Shown one piece after another: positions 38,605 to 49,103 of a stretch of 64,000 nucleotides of DNA. Location: positions 1 through 64,000 of the IMG/VR virus record IMGVR_UViG_3300017788_002882. One strand, written 5' to 3'. Both the position numbers and the translations under genes were made by a program. Origin of the DNA: a virus. The notes below the pieces were generated by a model. The model saw nothing but the letters and a program-made list of their open reading frames with translations, made no database searches and was not told the DNA's origin. Numbering within the stretch: position 1 is the stretch's first letter; each line of letters starts with the position of its first letter.

Positions 38605-41100
38605 TTATGATATAGGTCCGAAGTCACAATTTACCACCACAGTGAGACAAGTCACATTTGATGGGTTGTTAGTATCTCTCAATCCAAGATAAACTGTACC
38701 ATTAGGTACGTAAAGATAATCTTTTGTATCTCCTGGTAATGTGTTGAATACTCCATTCAACGCATCATTACAAGTTAGATAATATGTGTCAGTCATATCG
38801 TATTGTCCTGACCCACCAACTATTCCTGTTACGAATACCGAATTAATTCCCTCGAATCCACAAAGTACCGTTGTGTTTGCAAATAATGGTTTGGATGGAA
38901 CATTACCCGTTGAACTAAATGTTACAGAATTACTGTTGATTGAGTTAGTTCTTGAATCCGCAACAACTGTACAACATTGACATCCATTAACACTTACTTG
39001 AGTAAACTGTGCAAATATTTCTTGTGTCAAGTTAGTAATACAATTACTTTGGGAATTGGTCTGTCCACTTGTTATTGACAACACTGAGGTGTCAGTAATT
39101 AAGACAGGACTGTTGTTAGAAATTTGTAATTGGTAAGTGTCAGCTTCTGTAACAGCAGTGAAAGTTTCAGGACTACAATTAGGTCTGCTTCCAAACTGAG
39201 TCGCAGTTTGTGTAGTTGATGGTGTTTTTGTCACCCCACCCTGTGTGATGTTAAATGTATCAGTAATCAATCCAGTACCAGGACCATTGTAAGTCTTGAT
39301 AGATGATATTGTAAGATTGAAGGACACCGTAACACCTGGTGGTAATGGAGGAGTACTTACAACTTGATAGTAAGTTGTACGTGAATTATAGTTACTCAAC
39401 GAAATCGATTGGGTCGCCAAAGTATTTGCGCTCAATGAAAGTTGATAAGTAATTGGTTGTTGGTTGAAACCAACAGTAGCAGTTACTATTTGTGTATTCC
39501 CCGCTGAGTCTCTTACAGTTATGTTGTAAGTGCCAGCACAAAGATCTTCAAACACATTGGTCGATTGATAAGTTGAACCTCCATTGATGGAGAAAAGGTA
39601 TGGTGCATTTCCGAACCGAACATTTACGGTTATGTCTCCATTACAGTCGGAAACAGTGTCACATGAGTTATTATTTACTGAAAGATTCACTTGCATTGGG
39701 ATTACTGCAGGACACACCCCTTGAGTCATTGTTACACTATAAGTGTTCAATCCACCAGCTATTACCCATCCTGACAATGGTACTGATGCAGAGGAAGTGG
39801 AAATAAATAAACCTCCTCCAACAGGATTGAACGCCACATTCGGGTCAGATCCTCTAACTTCCCATCTCGATTGAGAAGGATTCCATACTATGTTGTATTG
39901 ACCGTCGCTTGTGGTCCACGTAGTTCTTCCATTTCTCATTCCGTTGCAAAGGAACTGTAAAGGTCCATATGCTGTTGATGTACTTACTGCAATCAAACAT
40001 AGTTGAGGACAAACTCCTGAAGGTGTTACAGTCGGTGTCACAGTTGGGCTTGGTGTAATGCTTGGGGTTGGTGGGAACAAACTACATACAGTTGACGCAG
40101 TGTAATCACCATAATAATCTACAACTGTCACTTGATAATTACCCTGTGGAATTCCTACTAATGTTTGAGTTCTTTGACCACCCTCCCAATAAATAGAATA
40201 TGGTGTTGTACCACCAGTTATTGTTAATGACAACACCCCATTTAATGAATTCGGGGAACTTGGAATTGTAATTGGATTACATCTTACTCCCATATCAAAT
40301 AAAGTGAAAACTTCACAATCATTTTTCAACCTAACAACCGCACTGTTACTTGGAGTTGGACTAGAAGATAAAGTTGGTGTCGGAGTTTTTGTGGTTGTAG
40401 GAGTAAATGTTGGAGTGGTAGTATTGGTCGGAGTTAATGTAGGAGTCTGAGTCGGAGATGGGGTCGGGCAACTAACTGATGCGACAACATTTAATTTTAC
40501 AACACCATTCGATGGTTTTGTATAATCCAATGTAACAGACAATCCACTCTGAGTTCCACTTTGAACTACACCACAACAATCAGTATAGAAATAACTTGAA
40601 CCAGGATTGACTGAAGTAAAACCTTGGCCACATAATATAGGGGTCGGACTTGGAGTCGCATTAGGTGTTCTTGTTTGAGTCTGAGTTTGAGTTGGGGATG
40701 TAGTAACGGTAGGTGTGGCTCTTGGGGTTTTGGTCGGAGTTACTGTCGCTGTTTGAGTCTGTGTATTTGTCGGTGTAACTGTAGGTGTGGCAGTTGAAGT
40801 TGGAGTAATCGCAGGATAGCAAGATGAATTATCAGTACATGGATTACCAGTATCAGTTACTATGATTCCCTCAATCAGAAGTGTGTCACCGAAAAATCCA
40901 TACTTGAACGTAGGAGTACCTAATGCAGATGAACAGATGTAAAAAGCAAAAGAACTTCCTAAATTTGTACTTGGTAAATTGAGGGCAATACTACTATCAG
41001 CTTGACCATTACAGTCAGTATAAACCACATATAAATCTTGACCTTCACTAGTGGCTAATGAATAGGGTACTTCAATATAATAACAGGTACAAACCGACAT
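38605..41100 (-). CDS. Cys-rich, Thr/Pro-repeat surface/fibre protein with SprB-like repeats
   Basis: TPT repeats; GGTTPYSI.W and G.APY.FSINGG..YQ..N.F..LCAGTY...VRD units. Confidence 0.65.
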   Translation of the reverse strand: MSVCTCYYIEVPYSLATSEGQDLYVVYTDCNGQADSSIALNLPSTNLGSSFAFYICSSALGTPTFKYGFFGDTLLIEGIIVTDTGNPCTDNSSCYPAITPTSTATPTVTPTNTQTQTATVTPTKTPRATPTVTTSPTQTQTQTRTPNATPSPTPILCGQGFTSVNPGSSYFYTDCCGVVQSGTQSGLSVTLDYTKPSNGVVKLNVVASVSCPTPSPTQTPTLTPTNTTTPTFTPTTTKTPTPTLSSSPTPSNSAVVRLKNDCEVFTLFDMGVRCNPITIPSSPNSLNGVLSLTITGGTTPYSIYWEGGQRTQTLVGIPQGNYQVTVVDYYGDYTASTVCSLFPPTPSITPSPTVTPTVTPSGVCPQLCLIAVSTSTAYGPLQFLCNGMRNGRTTWTTSDGQYNIVWNPSQSRWEVRGSDPNVAFNPVGGGLFISTSSASVPLSGWVIAGGLNTYSVTMTQGVCPAVIPMQVNLSVNNNSCDTVSDCNGDITVNVRFGNAPYLFSINGGSTYQSTNVFEDLCAGTYNITVRDSAGNTQIVTATVGFNQQPITYQLSLSANTLATQSISLSNYNSRTTYYQVVSTPPLPPGVTVSFNLTISSIKTYNGPGTGLITDTFNITQGGVTKTPSTTQTATQFGSRPNCSPETFTAVTEADTYQLQISNNSPVLITDTSVLSITSGQTNSQSNCITNLTQEIFAQFTQVSVNGCQCCTVVADSRTNSINSNSVTFSSTGNVPSKPLFANTTVLCGFEGINSVFVTGIVGGSGQYDMTDTYYLTCNDALNGVFNTLPGDTKDYLYVPNGTVYLGLRDTNNPSNVTCLTVVVNCDFGPIS

Positions 41101-41127
41101 TTATAAATTAATTATTTTCTATAATTA

Positions 41128-41772
41128 TTAACATGTTACGAAATTAAGTATGGTTCCAGATGTATCAACTTGAACCCCGTAATCATTTCCTCCGAATTTG
41201 AATTTAGTGAATTGATTATTTCCGTTGTATGGATTAAATAAAGTACCTCCAAAGGCATTTTGATATATTTTCACACCAATCACGGGTATTGCATCAGCTT
41301 CATTCAAGTAAGTATAATAATACAAGAATGTATAATTGTCACTACAAACATTGTCCGAAGTTTCGAACATACTCTGTCCTCTCTGATGAAGTGAGAACAC
41401 CTGAGTTTGAGTTGGACTTGGAGTATTGGTTGTCGTATTGGTTGGGGTTTGAGTTACTGTTGGAGTCACTGTAGATGTTGGCGAAGGGGTCCTTGTTGTA
41501 GTCTGAGTCACAGTTGGAGTTTGCGTTACAGTTGCCGTAATACTTGGGGTTGGGGTCGGTGTTATACCGATTACCTCCCCATCAATACATCCATTAACGT
41601 CTTCAATCTTTATGACAATACTCGAATTACTATAAGGTGGAGGCACATCAAATGTGTACGGGAAAACTGCCACAGTTGCAACATAAACACAACTTGCACT
41701 CAATGAATCACAATAGTATATTTCAACAGGTGTGTTTGCGGTTACGGAAGTTATTGTGACTTGTTGACTCAT
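41128..41772 (-). CDS. Thr/Pro-repeat protein
   Basis: N-terminal V.IT......P...Y.C......C.Y domain followed by a TPT tract. Confidence 0.65.
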   Translation of the reverse strand: MSQQVTITSVTANTPVEIYYCDSLSASCVYVATVAVFPYTFDVPPPYSNSSIVIKIEDVNGCIDGEVIGITPTPTPSITATVTQTPTVTQTTTRTPSPTSTVTPTVTQTPTNTTTNTPSPTQTQVFSLHQRGQSMFETSDNVCSDNYTFLYYYTYLNEADAIPVIGVKIYQNAFGGTLFNPYNGNNQFTKFKFGGNDYGVQVDTSGTILNFVTC

Positions 41773-41996
41773 GATACTACAGCGCTTGTTCCTGATATAA
41801 CACAGTTATTATTATCAATTGCCTTAATCATATAATTCGGTGAGGAATTATATGGTGCAGGAATATCGAAAATATATGGAAACGAAGAGTTTGTAATCGT
41901 TGAAATATAAAAACATCCCGAACCATCCACCTGACAAACATAAATGTCAAATGGAGTTTGTCCTGTAATGTTGGTAATTGTTACTTGTACTTCCAT
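41769..41996 (-). CDS. Small paralog of the N-terminal domain of 41128..41772
   Basis: QVTIT..T..TP..IY.C.....C.Y..T....FPY.FD.P.PY....IK..D.N.C shared. Confidence 0.7.
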   Translation of the reverse strand: MEVQVTITNITGQTPFDIYVCQVDGSGCFYISTITNSSFPYIFDIPAPYNSSPNYMIKAIDNNNCVISGTSAVVS

Positions 41997-42009
41997 ATCT
42001 ATATTTTAT

Positions 42010-45000
42010 TTAACATTGAGTTGATGATAGTCCGATTACAACACCTGACCCATTCAAGTCCCAGTTTGCTCCTTGATGGAACACGTAAGTTTGACTTACC
42101 ACGTTTAATAATGTTGAGTCAACATACAATATACATCCTGAAGCAATTTCTTGGCAGTTGGAAAATAAGGTTTTAGGGTCGATTATTGCGTCAGAACAAG
42201 CATCAAATACGCTTATATCACTCACACCACTATTCCCAAACGTGCCAATATTTGCTGTGGCACAAGTCACACAGTCCGTATAAGTTTGAGTCGGAACTCC
42301 CGTAAAATAATTACCACCAAAGTTTATTGGTGTAACTTTTGCCGAAGGGATATAAGAGGTATTGAATCTTCCAACGTAATACCAACAATTTGCGTCATTG
42401 TCCTTGAATACTTCATTAACTGCTATTGGGAAAGATACTGGTTGTGTTTGAATTACTTGAATAATCGTTCCTCTTCCTCCACCGATACGATTACAGGATT
42501 GGTAAACATATAGGAAATTAGGTGTCACGGAAGGTGACGGTGTAATTGTTTGAGTTGGCGTGTTAGTTGCGGTTGGAGATTTAGTTTGAGACGGTGTTGG
42601 TGGAGGTGTAGTTCCATTGGTCGCAGTTTGTGAAGGAGTTGCGGTTGCAGATGGAGTTACAGTTGGTGTGACTCCCCCTGTAGCTGATGGTGTATTTGTT
42701 GGTGTCGTAGTTGTAGTTGGTGTCGCGGTAGGGATTGTAGTACAACCTCCACAACTTCCATAAAGCTGAATTATGTTTCCGATATTAGTGTTCGATGACA
42801 AATTACTATCATCTCTTGTATAAGTAACACAACGAATTTGTCCATTAACATTCGCTGAAATAGTCATACCAGTTGTGACTGGAATTCCTGAGAATGATAA
42901 TGAGTCAGAAGTATAATACTCTTGACCATCTTGACAGTCAGTAAATACTTTAACGGAAACACAACTGAATGTCTCATCCAACATTTCAAATGTAACATTA
43001 CCTCCAATTGCAACTGTCTTTGTCAAAGTTACTGAAGGAGTCAATGTCACCGTAGGAGTTGACGCATTGTATCCGCTAAGGCTAAAAGATATACCAACCC
43101 CTGAACAGAAATTACCTGTAGGAGATGGTGTCGGGGTGACACCAATTGAATTTAGAAGGAAATTTACATCGTCACAATCAACACTTGGTGTAGGTGTAGG
43201 AATTGGTTCCCAATCACAATCGAAGTAAGCATTGAAATCAAATGTCGAACAATCGATTGGAGTTGGTGTAGGTGTAGGACAAATTCCTCCCGTGAAATCA
43301 GTTGCTGAAATGTCAGGACATTGTGACCTACAAGGGTAGGCTCCTCTCAACAAACAACTTCCTCCCAATGAGGTACTTAGACACCAATATTCGGAGGTGT
43401 AATAAATTACCGCATAAGTTGTACCATCTCCCGAATAATAATTTTTGGAATTGTAAGTACCCGCTAAGCTATAATTTCCATTGTACCCTGAAAATGCAGG
43501 AAGGGTAGTGTACAAACAAAAATCAGAATATGTACAAGCTGAAGGTGATGCGGATACTGTTGGAGTATTCGTTGGAGTTGGTTGTGGTGTATTGGTTGGT
43601 GTAGGAGTTGGAACACATAATATACAATTATCAAAATCAGGTTCTCCGAAATCTGGCCCACCTGGTCCTGAGAATTCCACAAAACTGTAACACTCCCCAT
43701 TGTACAAATATGCCGCACCAACGAAGGCGGTGTCTTCATCTACGTTTGCGTATAAAACTTCACCATTGGAACATTTCGTCAATAATGCCGCAGTCAAAGC
43801 TGTTCTTGGACATAAAGAATCCGCACAAGTTGGAACTTGAGTGAATGTTACTCCAAGCGAATTATATAATGTTCCAACGGTGAATCCACTTACAATTGTA
43901 GCACATCCTTCAAACTCAGTACTTCCTGTAATATAGTATGTGTTTCCGAGTACATCAGGAATACCTGGTCCTCCGAATCTAAAAATATTGGACCCATTTG
44001 TACAATCTTGGAACTGTACGACTTTACTATTTGTTGGACTTGGACTTTGTGTTGGAGTCTGAGTTTGTGTCTGAGTTTGTGTCGGAGTTTCCGTAGGAGT
44101 TGAGGTGTTTGTTGCTGTTTGAGTTGGAGTCTCCGTTTGGGTTGGTGTCTGAGTTTGTGTCGGAGTTTCCGTAGGAGTTGAGGTGTTTGTCGCTGTTTGA
44201 GTTGGAGTTTCTGTAGGAGTACTTGTGTTCGTTGCAGTTTGTGTAGGGGTCTCAGTTGGTGTTTGTGTAGGAGTTTCAGTCGGCGTGTTAGTCGGTGTTT
44301 CAGTTGGTGTTTGTGTTGGAGTTTCTGTAGGTGTTGATGTATTAGTTGGAGTTTGAGTTGAGGTTTCTGTGGGAGTTTGAGTAGGCGTTTCTGTTGGAGT
44401 CTGAGTCGGAGTTTCCGTAGGTGTTGATGTATTAGTTGGAGTTTGAGTAAGCGTTTGTGTTGAAGTCTGAGTAGGGGTTTCTGTAGGTGTTGATGTGTTT
44501 GTTGTAGTCTGAGTCGGAGTTTCTGTATTTGTTGGAGTTGGAGTCGGTGTTAGTACTTCAAAACAACCTCCACAAAAACTTTCATCAACTTGAACAATTG
44601 TTAAACCTGCAGTCGCAGATACACTTCCAAGAATTGCACAAAAATATCCTGTTCCACCAGGGTAGGGTACATTGTTTATTGATTGAGAAACGTGGCTGCA
44701 ATCTAAATAACTTATTGTATTAATCCCACTCGGATCTCCATCATTAGTATATTGAAAACAAACACATCCGTCACCAGATGGAGTTATAGTAGGAGTTGGT
44801 GTTAGAGTGGGGGTTTCTGTAGGAGTGGTTGTTTCTGTGGGCGTTGGTGTTTCGGTATTAGTTGGAGTTGGAGTTGGTGTTTGGTTAGTAGGTGTTTGTG
44901 ATGGGGTTGGATTTGGAGTTGGAGTCACTGGAGCCGCACAACACTCGGTCAAAGTCTGACTTATAGAAGATATAGGCCCAATTATTTGTGTATTATTCTT

Positions 45001-45222
45001 GTAATAATATATGTTTGGTGATGGTGTCCCTGTCGTATCGATACAAAGGTCGTTCAAGAATGTACCTGAAAGTGTGTATAAATCTTGTTGAGAGTTTCCA
45101 CTACAATCTATGTAATCAACGTATACGGTATTGTCAAACTTACCAGGGTCGGTATTACCAATTGCATCATCTAAATCGACTTGGTCGATGACTACATCAT
45201 AATAAAAACACGTACACGCCAT
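42010..45222 (-). CDS. Large Cys-rich, mucin-like Thr/Pro-repeat protein (probable virion fibre/surface protein)
   Basis: 1070 aa; long TPTETPTQ tract between Cys-containing modules; N-terminus MACTCFYY resembles MSVCTCYY of 38605..41100. Confidence 0.7.
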   Translation of the reverse strand: MACTCFYYDVVIDQVDLDDAIGNTDPGKFDNTVYVDYIDCSGNSQQDLYTLSGTFLNDLCIDTTGTPSPNIYYYKNNTQIIGPISSISQTLTECCAAPVTPTPNPTPSQTPTNQTPTPTPTNTETPTPTETTTPTETPTLTPTPTITPSGDGCVCFQYTNDGDPSGINTISYLDCSHVSQSINNVPYPGGTGYFCAILGSVSATAGLTIVQVDESFCGGCFEVLTPTPTPTNTETPTQTTTNTSTPTETPTQTSTQTLTQTPTNTSTPTETPTQTPTETPTQTPTETSTQTPTNTSTPTETPTQTPTETPTNTPTETPTQTPTETPTQTATNTSTPTETPTQTATNTSTPTETPTQTQTPTQTETPTQTATNTSTPTETPTQTQTQTQTPTQSPSPTNSKVVQFQDCTNGSNIFRFGGPGIPDVLGNTYYITGSTEFEGCATIVSGFTVGTLYNSLGVTFTQVPTCADSLCPRTALTAALLTKCSNGEVLYANVDEDTAFVGAAYLYNGECYSFVEFSGPGGPDFGEPDFDNCILCVPTPTPTNTPQPTPTNTPTVSASPSACTYSDFCLYTTLPAFSGYNGNYSLAGTYNSKNYYSGDGTTYAVIYYTSEYWCLSTSLGGSCLLRGAYPCRSQCPDISATDFTGGICPTPTPTPIDCSTFDFNAYFDCDWEPIPTPTPSVDCDDVNFLLNSIGVTPTPSPTGNFCSGVGISFSLSGYNASTPTVTLTPSVTLTKTVAIGGNVTFEMLDETFSCVSVKVFTDCQDGQEYYTSDSLSFSGIPVTTGMTISANVNGQIRCVTYTRDDSNLSSNTNIGNIIQLYGSCGGCTTIPTATPTTTTTPTNTPSATGGVTPTVTPSATATPSQTATNGTTPPPTPSQTKSPTATNTPTQTITPSPSVTPNFLYVYQSCNRIGGGRGTIIQVIQTQPVSFPIAVNEVFKDNDANCWYYVGRFNTSYIPSAKVTPINFGGNYFTGVPTQTYTDCVTCATANIGTFGNSGVSDISVFDACSDAIIDPKTLFSNCQEIASGCILYVDSTLLNVVSQTYVFHQGANWDLNGSGVVIGLSSTQC
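44040..44550 (-). repeat. Imperfect coding tandem repeat encoding T-P-T-(E/Q/N) units
   Basis: About 170 codons of [15 protein letters not shown], with synonymous variation between units. Confidence 0.9.
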
Positions 45223-45333
45223 AAAAACTTTTTTGTATAATATAAATAACCTGATTACAGGTTTTTACACATTAGGTAATATAGTTTTATCAAAAAACAA
45301 ATAAAGTGGAGACATCAGAATATTTATTGTTGT

Positions 45334-45507
45334 ATGAAACTTCTAAAGACAATACAAAACATTATTAAGGAAGCTGAGGAACAATATCATCTTGCTTGTG
45401 AATCTTGTGTCCCGATTGAAGAAATAGACAAATTAGAAAAACAATACAAAGATTCTTTAAAACTGATGAAATTGTATCAATCAGAGGAAAAAAAGAAAAG
45501 TAAATAA
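45334..45507 (+). CDS. Small hypothetical protein (57 aa)
   Basis: Manual translation MKLLKTIQNIIKEAEEQYHLACESCVPIEEIDKLEKQYKDSLKLMKLYQSEEKKKSK; TATTTAT 6 nt upstream. Confidence 0.6.
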   Translation: MKLLKTIQNIIKEAEEQYHLACESCVPIEEIDKLEKQYKDSLKLMKLYQSEEKKKSK

Positions 45508-45543
45508 TAGATTTTCCAACAGTCTTTTGTATATTTCTCCAAT

Positions 45544-46497
45544 ATGAAAGACCCATTATTGGATTTACATTTGTCTAAAGGACTTGGAGATACAATTTCA
45601 TCTACCCCTGTACTTCGTAAATTATTTTTTGCATACGGAAAAAAAATATCAGTACTCACAGACCATCCAGACATTTTTAAAAACAACAACTACGTTGACA
45701 AAATTTTCAACACTTCCGAAGTAAGTCGTGAAGATTTGGCAGAAAATTATGAATTGTTGGTGAGTTTTGCTCCGAATTTGGAAAACCAATACAAATTAGG
45801 ATTACGTCATAATACAATGGACATCCGACAGTTTCATGCATCGGGATTGGGATTTTCACTATTACCTGAGGAATGTCACACGGACTTTATTCCTGACGAA
45901 TGGGAACCGATTCAGGATTTACCTGAAAAATTTGTTGTGATTCATCCTGTTCAAAGTTGGGCATCAAGGACTTGGGATATTGAAAAATGGAAATTATTAA
46001 CCTCAATGTTGAATGACAATGGAATTGCGGTTGTATCTGTTGGGAAGTCTTCGAGCGAAATAGGATTTCATATGGTACAAAAACCCATTTTTGATTTTCC
46101 TATAAAATTTGGTCTGAATCTCATGAATCAAACATCCATATCTCAAACTTGGTGGTTAATCCAAAAAAGTTTGGCAATTATTACGATGGATTCAGGACTT
46201 TTACATTTGGCAGGAACCACAGATGCTCAAATCATTCAATTGGGTAGTTCAATTAATTGGAAATTGAGAGCCCCTTTCCGACACGGAAGACAAGATTATA
46301 AATATAATTATGTCGATGGTGATTGTAAAATCGCTTGCGCTTCTGACATGAGATATGGTGTCAGAGAATGGAATTCAATACGTGGAATCCCACCACTTGT
46401 TGGTTGTTTGGAAAATAAATCAGAATTTGTTTGTCACCCCAATGTGCCACAAGTTTTCAATAAAGTTTTAGAAATTCTGAAAATAATAAACCAATAA
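45544..46497 (+). CDS. GT9 (ADP-heptose heptosyltransferase-like) glycosyltransferase
   Basis: GLGD...TP, VIHP..SW..R.W and DSGLLHLA motifs; C-terminal Cys cluster. Confidence 0.85.
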   Translation: MKDPLLDLHLSKGLGDTISSTPVLRKLFFAYGKKISVLTDHPDIFKNNNYVDKIFNTSEVSREDLAENYELLVSFAPNLENQYKLGLRHNTMDIRQFHASGLGFSLLPEECHTDFIPDEWEPIQDLPEKFVVIHPVQSWASRTWDIEKWKLLTSMLNDNGIAVVSVGKSSSEIGFHMVQKPIFDFPIKFGLNLMNQTSISQTWWLIQKSLAIITMDSGLLHLAGTTDAQIIQLGSSINWKLRAPFRHGRQDYKYNYVDGDCKIACASDMRYGVREWNSIRGIPPLVGCLENKSEFVCHPNVPQVFNKVLEILKIINQ

Positions 46498-46517
46498 ATT
46501 ATAAAATAGTCAAATAT

Positions 46518-47138
46518 ATGAAAAATAGAACCAAATCTCGTATTGATTTGATTATGGAAATGGGAAAAAAATTTCCGATTGGTAAAGGTATTGAAATTGG
46601 TACATTCAAAGGGGAATTTTCTAAGAAAATTGTAGAAAATTGGGGTGGGACATTGTACATGGTAGATGTTTGGAGACCCCTTCCGAATGAGGAGTACTTG
46701 GATTCGAGTAATCACGGTAATTATGAAAATGAAATTTATGTCGAGGCAATGAATAACATAAATGGATTTGAAGATAGAGCAATTATGATAAGGGCTTCGT
46801 CGGAAATTGCTTCGAACATTTTTGAAGATTACTCGTTAGATTTCGTTTACATAGATGCAAACCATGCATATGATTATGTTGTCCGAGACATTGAGTTATG
46901 GTTTCCAAAAGTAAAAAAAGGTGGTTATTTGTGTGGTCATGATTATATTGATATGGATTGGTATAATGACCCTAATTTTTGCGAAAATGGAAAAGACAAA
47001 CACATCTACAGTTCTAACTTTCAGTTTTATCACGGAGTGTTCGGAGTTAATCCTGCTGTTGATGAATTTTGTGAAAAATATAAATATGATTTTCAAATCA
47101 CAAATGAGTGGTTTGGGACATGGTGGTTAGAAAAATAA
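46518..47138 (+). CDS. Class I SAM-dependent methyltransferase (Methyltransf_24-like)
   Basis: EIGTFKG, VDVW, DFVYIDANH.Y and GGYLCGHDY. Confidence 0.88.
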   Translation: MKNRTKSRIDLIMEMGKKFPIGKGIEIGTFKGEFSKKIVENWGGTLYMVDVWRPLPNEEYLDSSNHGNYENEIYVEAMNNINGFEDRAIMIRASSEIASNIFEDYSLDFVYIDANHAYDYVVRDIELWFPKVKKGGYLCGHDYIDMDWYNDPNFCENGKDKHIYSSNFQFYHGVFGVNPAVDEFCEKYKYDFQITNEWFGTWWLEK

Positions 47139-47140
47139 AT

Positions 47141-47863
47141 ATGAAACTTTCAGTTATTGTTTTGTGTTATAATTTCGAAAAATACATTGAACAATGTTTA
47201 TTATCTATTTTGGCTCAGAGGACTACCTTTGATTTCGAAATTTTAATTAGGGATGATTTTTCGTCCGACAAGTCATCATCCATTATAAAACGAATTGCAT
47301 TTTGGAATCCAAATATTAAATTCATCGAAGGAACCGAAAATATTGGGTTTGCAAAAAGTTATAAACAACTTTTAGATTTATCACAAGGTGAATATATTGC
47401 ATATACCGACGGTGATGACTATTGGACTAATTTGTATAAATTACAAAAACAATGTGATTTTTTAGATTTCAATCCTGATTACGTTTTAACTTGTACGGGC
47501 TATTGGCAAAAGGACGAAAATGAAAATTTTATCCCGTCAGAACCAAATTTATGGCTCTGCCCACTCAAACGTGATGTCGATAATAACATTCTTTCTGAAT
47601 ATATGTTAGAAGCGAATCACTCACATTATGGAAAGTTATATCGTAATGTACCACATTTTTTTGAATATATGTACGATTTACCTTTGTTGGACTGGCCGAT
47701 GAATTTTGAACTTTCGTTATTGGGTAAAATTAAATTCTTAGACTACCCAACAGGAGTTTATAGGAAACATTCTCAAGGACTAATGAAGTCCGTAAGTTCC
47801 CAAATAAATGCAGGAGAACAAATTATAACTATCTTGAAAAAAAGGTGGAATGAAATAAATTAA
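47141..47863 (+). CDS. GT2 family glycosyltransferase (start likely 47141)
   Basis: SVIVLCYN, DDFSSD, GEYIAY.DGDDYW and KLQKQ. Confidence 0.9.
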   Translation: MKLSVIVLCYNFEKYIEQCLLSILAQRTTFDFEILIRDDFSSDKSSSIIKRIAFWNPNIKFIEGTENIGFAKSYKQLLDLSQGEYIAYTDGDDYWTNLYKLQKQCDFLDFNPDYVLTCTGYWQKDENENFIPSEPNLWLCPLKRDVDNNILSEYMLEANHSHYGKLYRNVPHFFEYMYDLPLLDWPMNFELSLLGKIKFLDYPTGVYRKHSQGLMKSVSSQINAGEQIITILKKRWNEIN

Positions 47864-47868
47864 TAAAA

Positions 47869-48510
47869 ATGGCTAATGGAATTTACAAAATAACTGAGGA
47901 TTTTGAAAAAGCACTTTCGGACTACACTGGGTCTCCGTATGTGGTGACTTTAGATAATATGAGTAACGGGCTTTTCCTTGCGTTATATTATGAACATAAA
48001 ATTAAAGGCAGAACTGAAAAGATAATTACCATCCCATCACGAACTTACCCATCGGTCCCTTGTGAAATTATTCATGCGGGGTTAAAAGTTGGGTTTGAAT
48101 CCGTAGAAGGTAAAACGATAAAAGGAGTATATCAACTTAAAGGCTCTAATGTTTGGGATTCCGCCTTAAGATTCACTGCAGATATGTATATACCAAACAC
48201 TCACATGTGTATATCATTTACTGGTCCATACAAACATTTCAAATTATCCAAGGGCGGTGCAATTTTGACGGATGACCATGAAGCATATCTTTGGTTTAAA
48301 AGAGCAAGATATAGTGGTAGAAGAGAAACTTCATACCATGATGACCATTTTGATATGTTAGGTTGGAACTTTTATATGATGCCAGAGTTAGCTGCTAGAG
48401 GAATATTATTAATGAACCAATTTTATAATTTGGATGGCACTAAAAAACACAATCAAGATTTAGAATTACCATATCCTGATTTAAGTAAATTTGAAATTTA
48501 TACAAAATGA
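47869..48510 (+). CDS. Shortened DegT/DnrJ/EryC1/StrS-type sugar aminotransferase-like protein
   Basis: FE.AL..Y.G, TY.SV...I..AG, DSA, SF...K......GGAILTDD and G.NFYM; only 213 aa. Confidence 0.7.
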   Translation: MANGIYKITEDFEKALSDYTGSPYVVTLDNMSNGLFLALYYEHKIKGRTEKIITIPSRTYPSVPCEIIHAGLKVGFESVEGKTIKGVYQLKGSNVWDSALRFTADMYIPNTHMCISFTGPYKHFKLSKGGAILTDDHEAYLWFKRARYSGRRETSYHDDHFDMLGWNFYMMPELAARGILLMNQFYNLDGTKKHNQDLELPYPDLSKFEIYTK

Positions 48511-49094
48511 AAAAGGCATTAATCGGCGCAGGAGGGTTTGCAGATGAGATAAAGGCTCAGATGAATGAGTTTGATATGATTTGTTTTGTTGATGATTTTT
48601 ATTACAAAGAAAATAATAAAAATATCCTACCTCTATCAGAATTTAATCCTGCCGAATATGAAGTTTTGGTCGCAGTGGGCGATAGTTTTTTACGAAAAGA
48701 TTTAATTAATAGATTGCCAAAAGAAACTAAGTATTTTACATTCATACATAGTTCTGCACAAATATTAGGAAATGATGTGGAAATTGGCGAAGGTAGTGTT
48801 GTATGTGCGGGAACAATAATAACTACAAATTGTATAATAGGAAAGCATACGCATTTAAACTTACATACAACAATTGGGCACGATTGTAGAATAGATGATT
48901 ACTTTACTACTGCTCCTGGTGCAAAAATATCTGGAAATAATCAAATAGGTGAGTGTGTGTACATAGGAACAAATGCATCAACTAAACAAAAGTTAAAAAT
49001 ATCAGATAATGTAGTGGTTGGGATGAACGCAGCAGTTGTAAAAGATATTTCTGAACCAGGAACCTATGTAGGAGTTCCATCAAGAAAAATATAA
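48507..49094 (+). CDS. NeuD/PglD-like sugar acetyltransferase (hexapeptide repeats)
   Basis: IGAGG, hexapeptide repeats, IGHD and GVP. Confidence 0.9.
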   Translation: MKKALIGAGGFADEIKAQMNEFDMICFVDDFYYKENNKNILPLSEFNPAEYEVLVAVGDSFLRKDLINRLPKETKYFTFIHSSAQILGNDVEIGEGSVVCAGTIITTNCIIGKHTHLNLHTTIGHDCRIDDYFTTAPGAKISGNNQIGECVYIGTNASTKQKLKISDNVVVGMNAAVVKDISEPGTYVGVPSRKI

Positions 49095-49103
49095 TTTACA
49101 CAT

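Noticed and set aside
44040-44550. Repetitive DNA that could be mistaken for a CRISPR array or satellite
   Set aside because: The repeats are in-frame codon-level Thr/Pro units with synonymous variation; there is no constant repeat with unique spacers.
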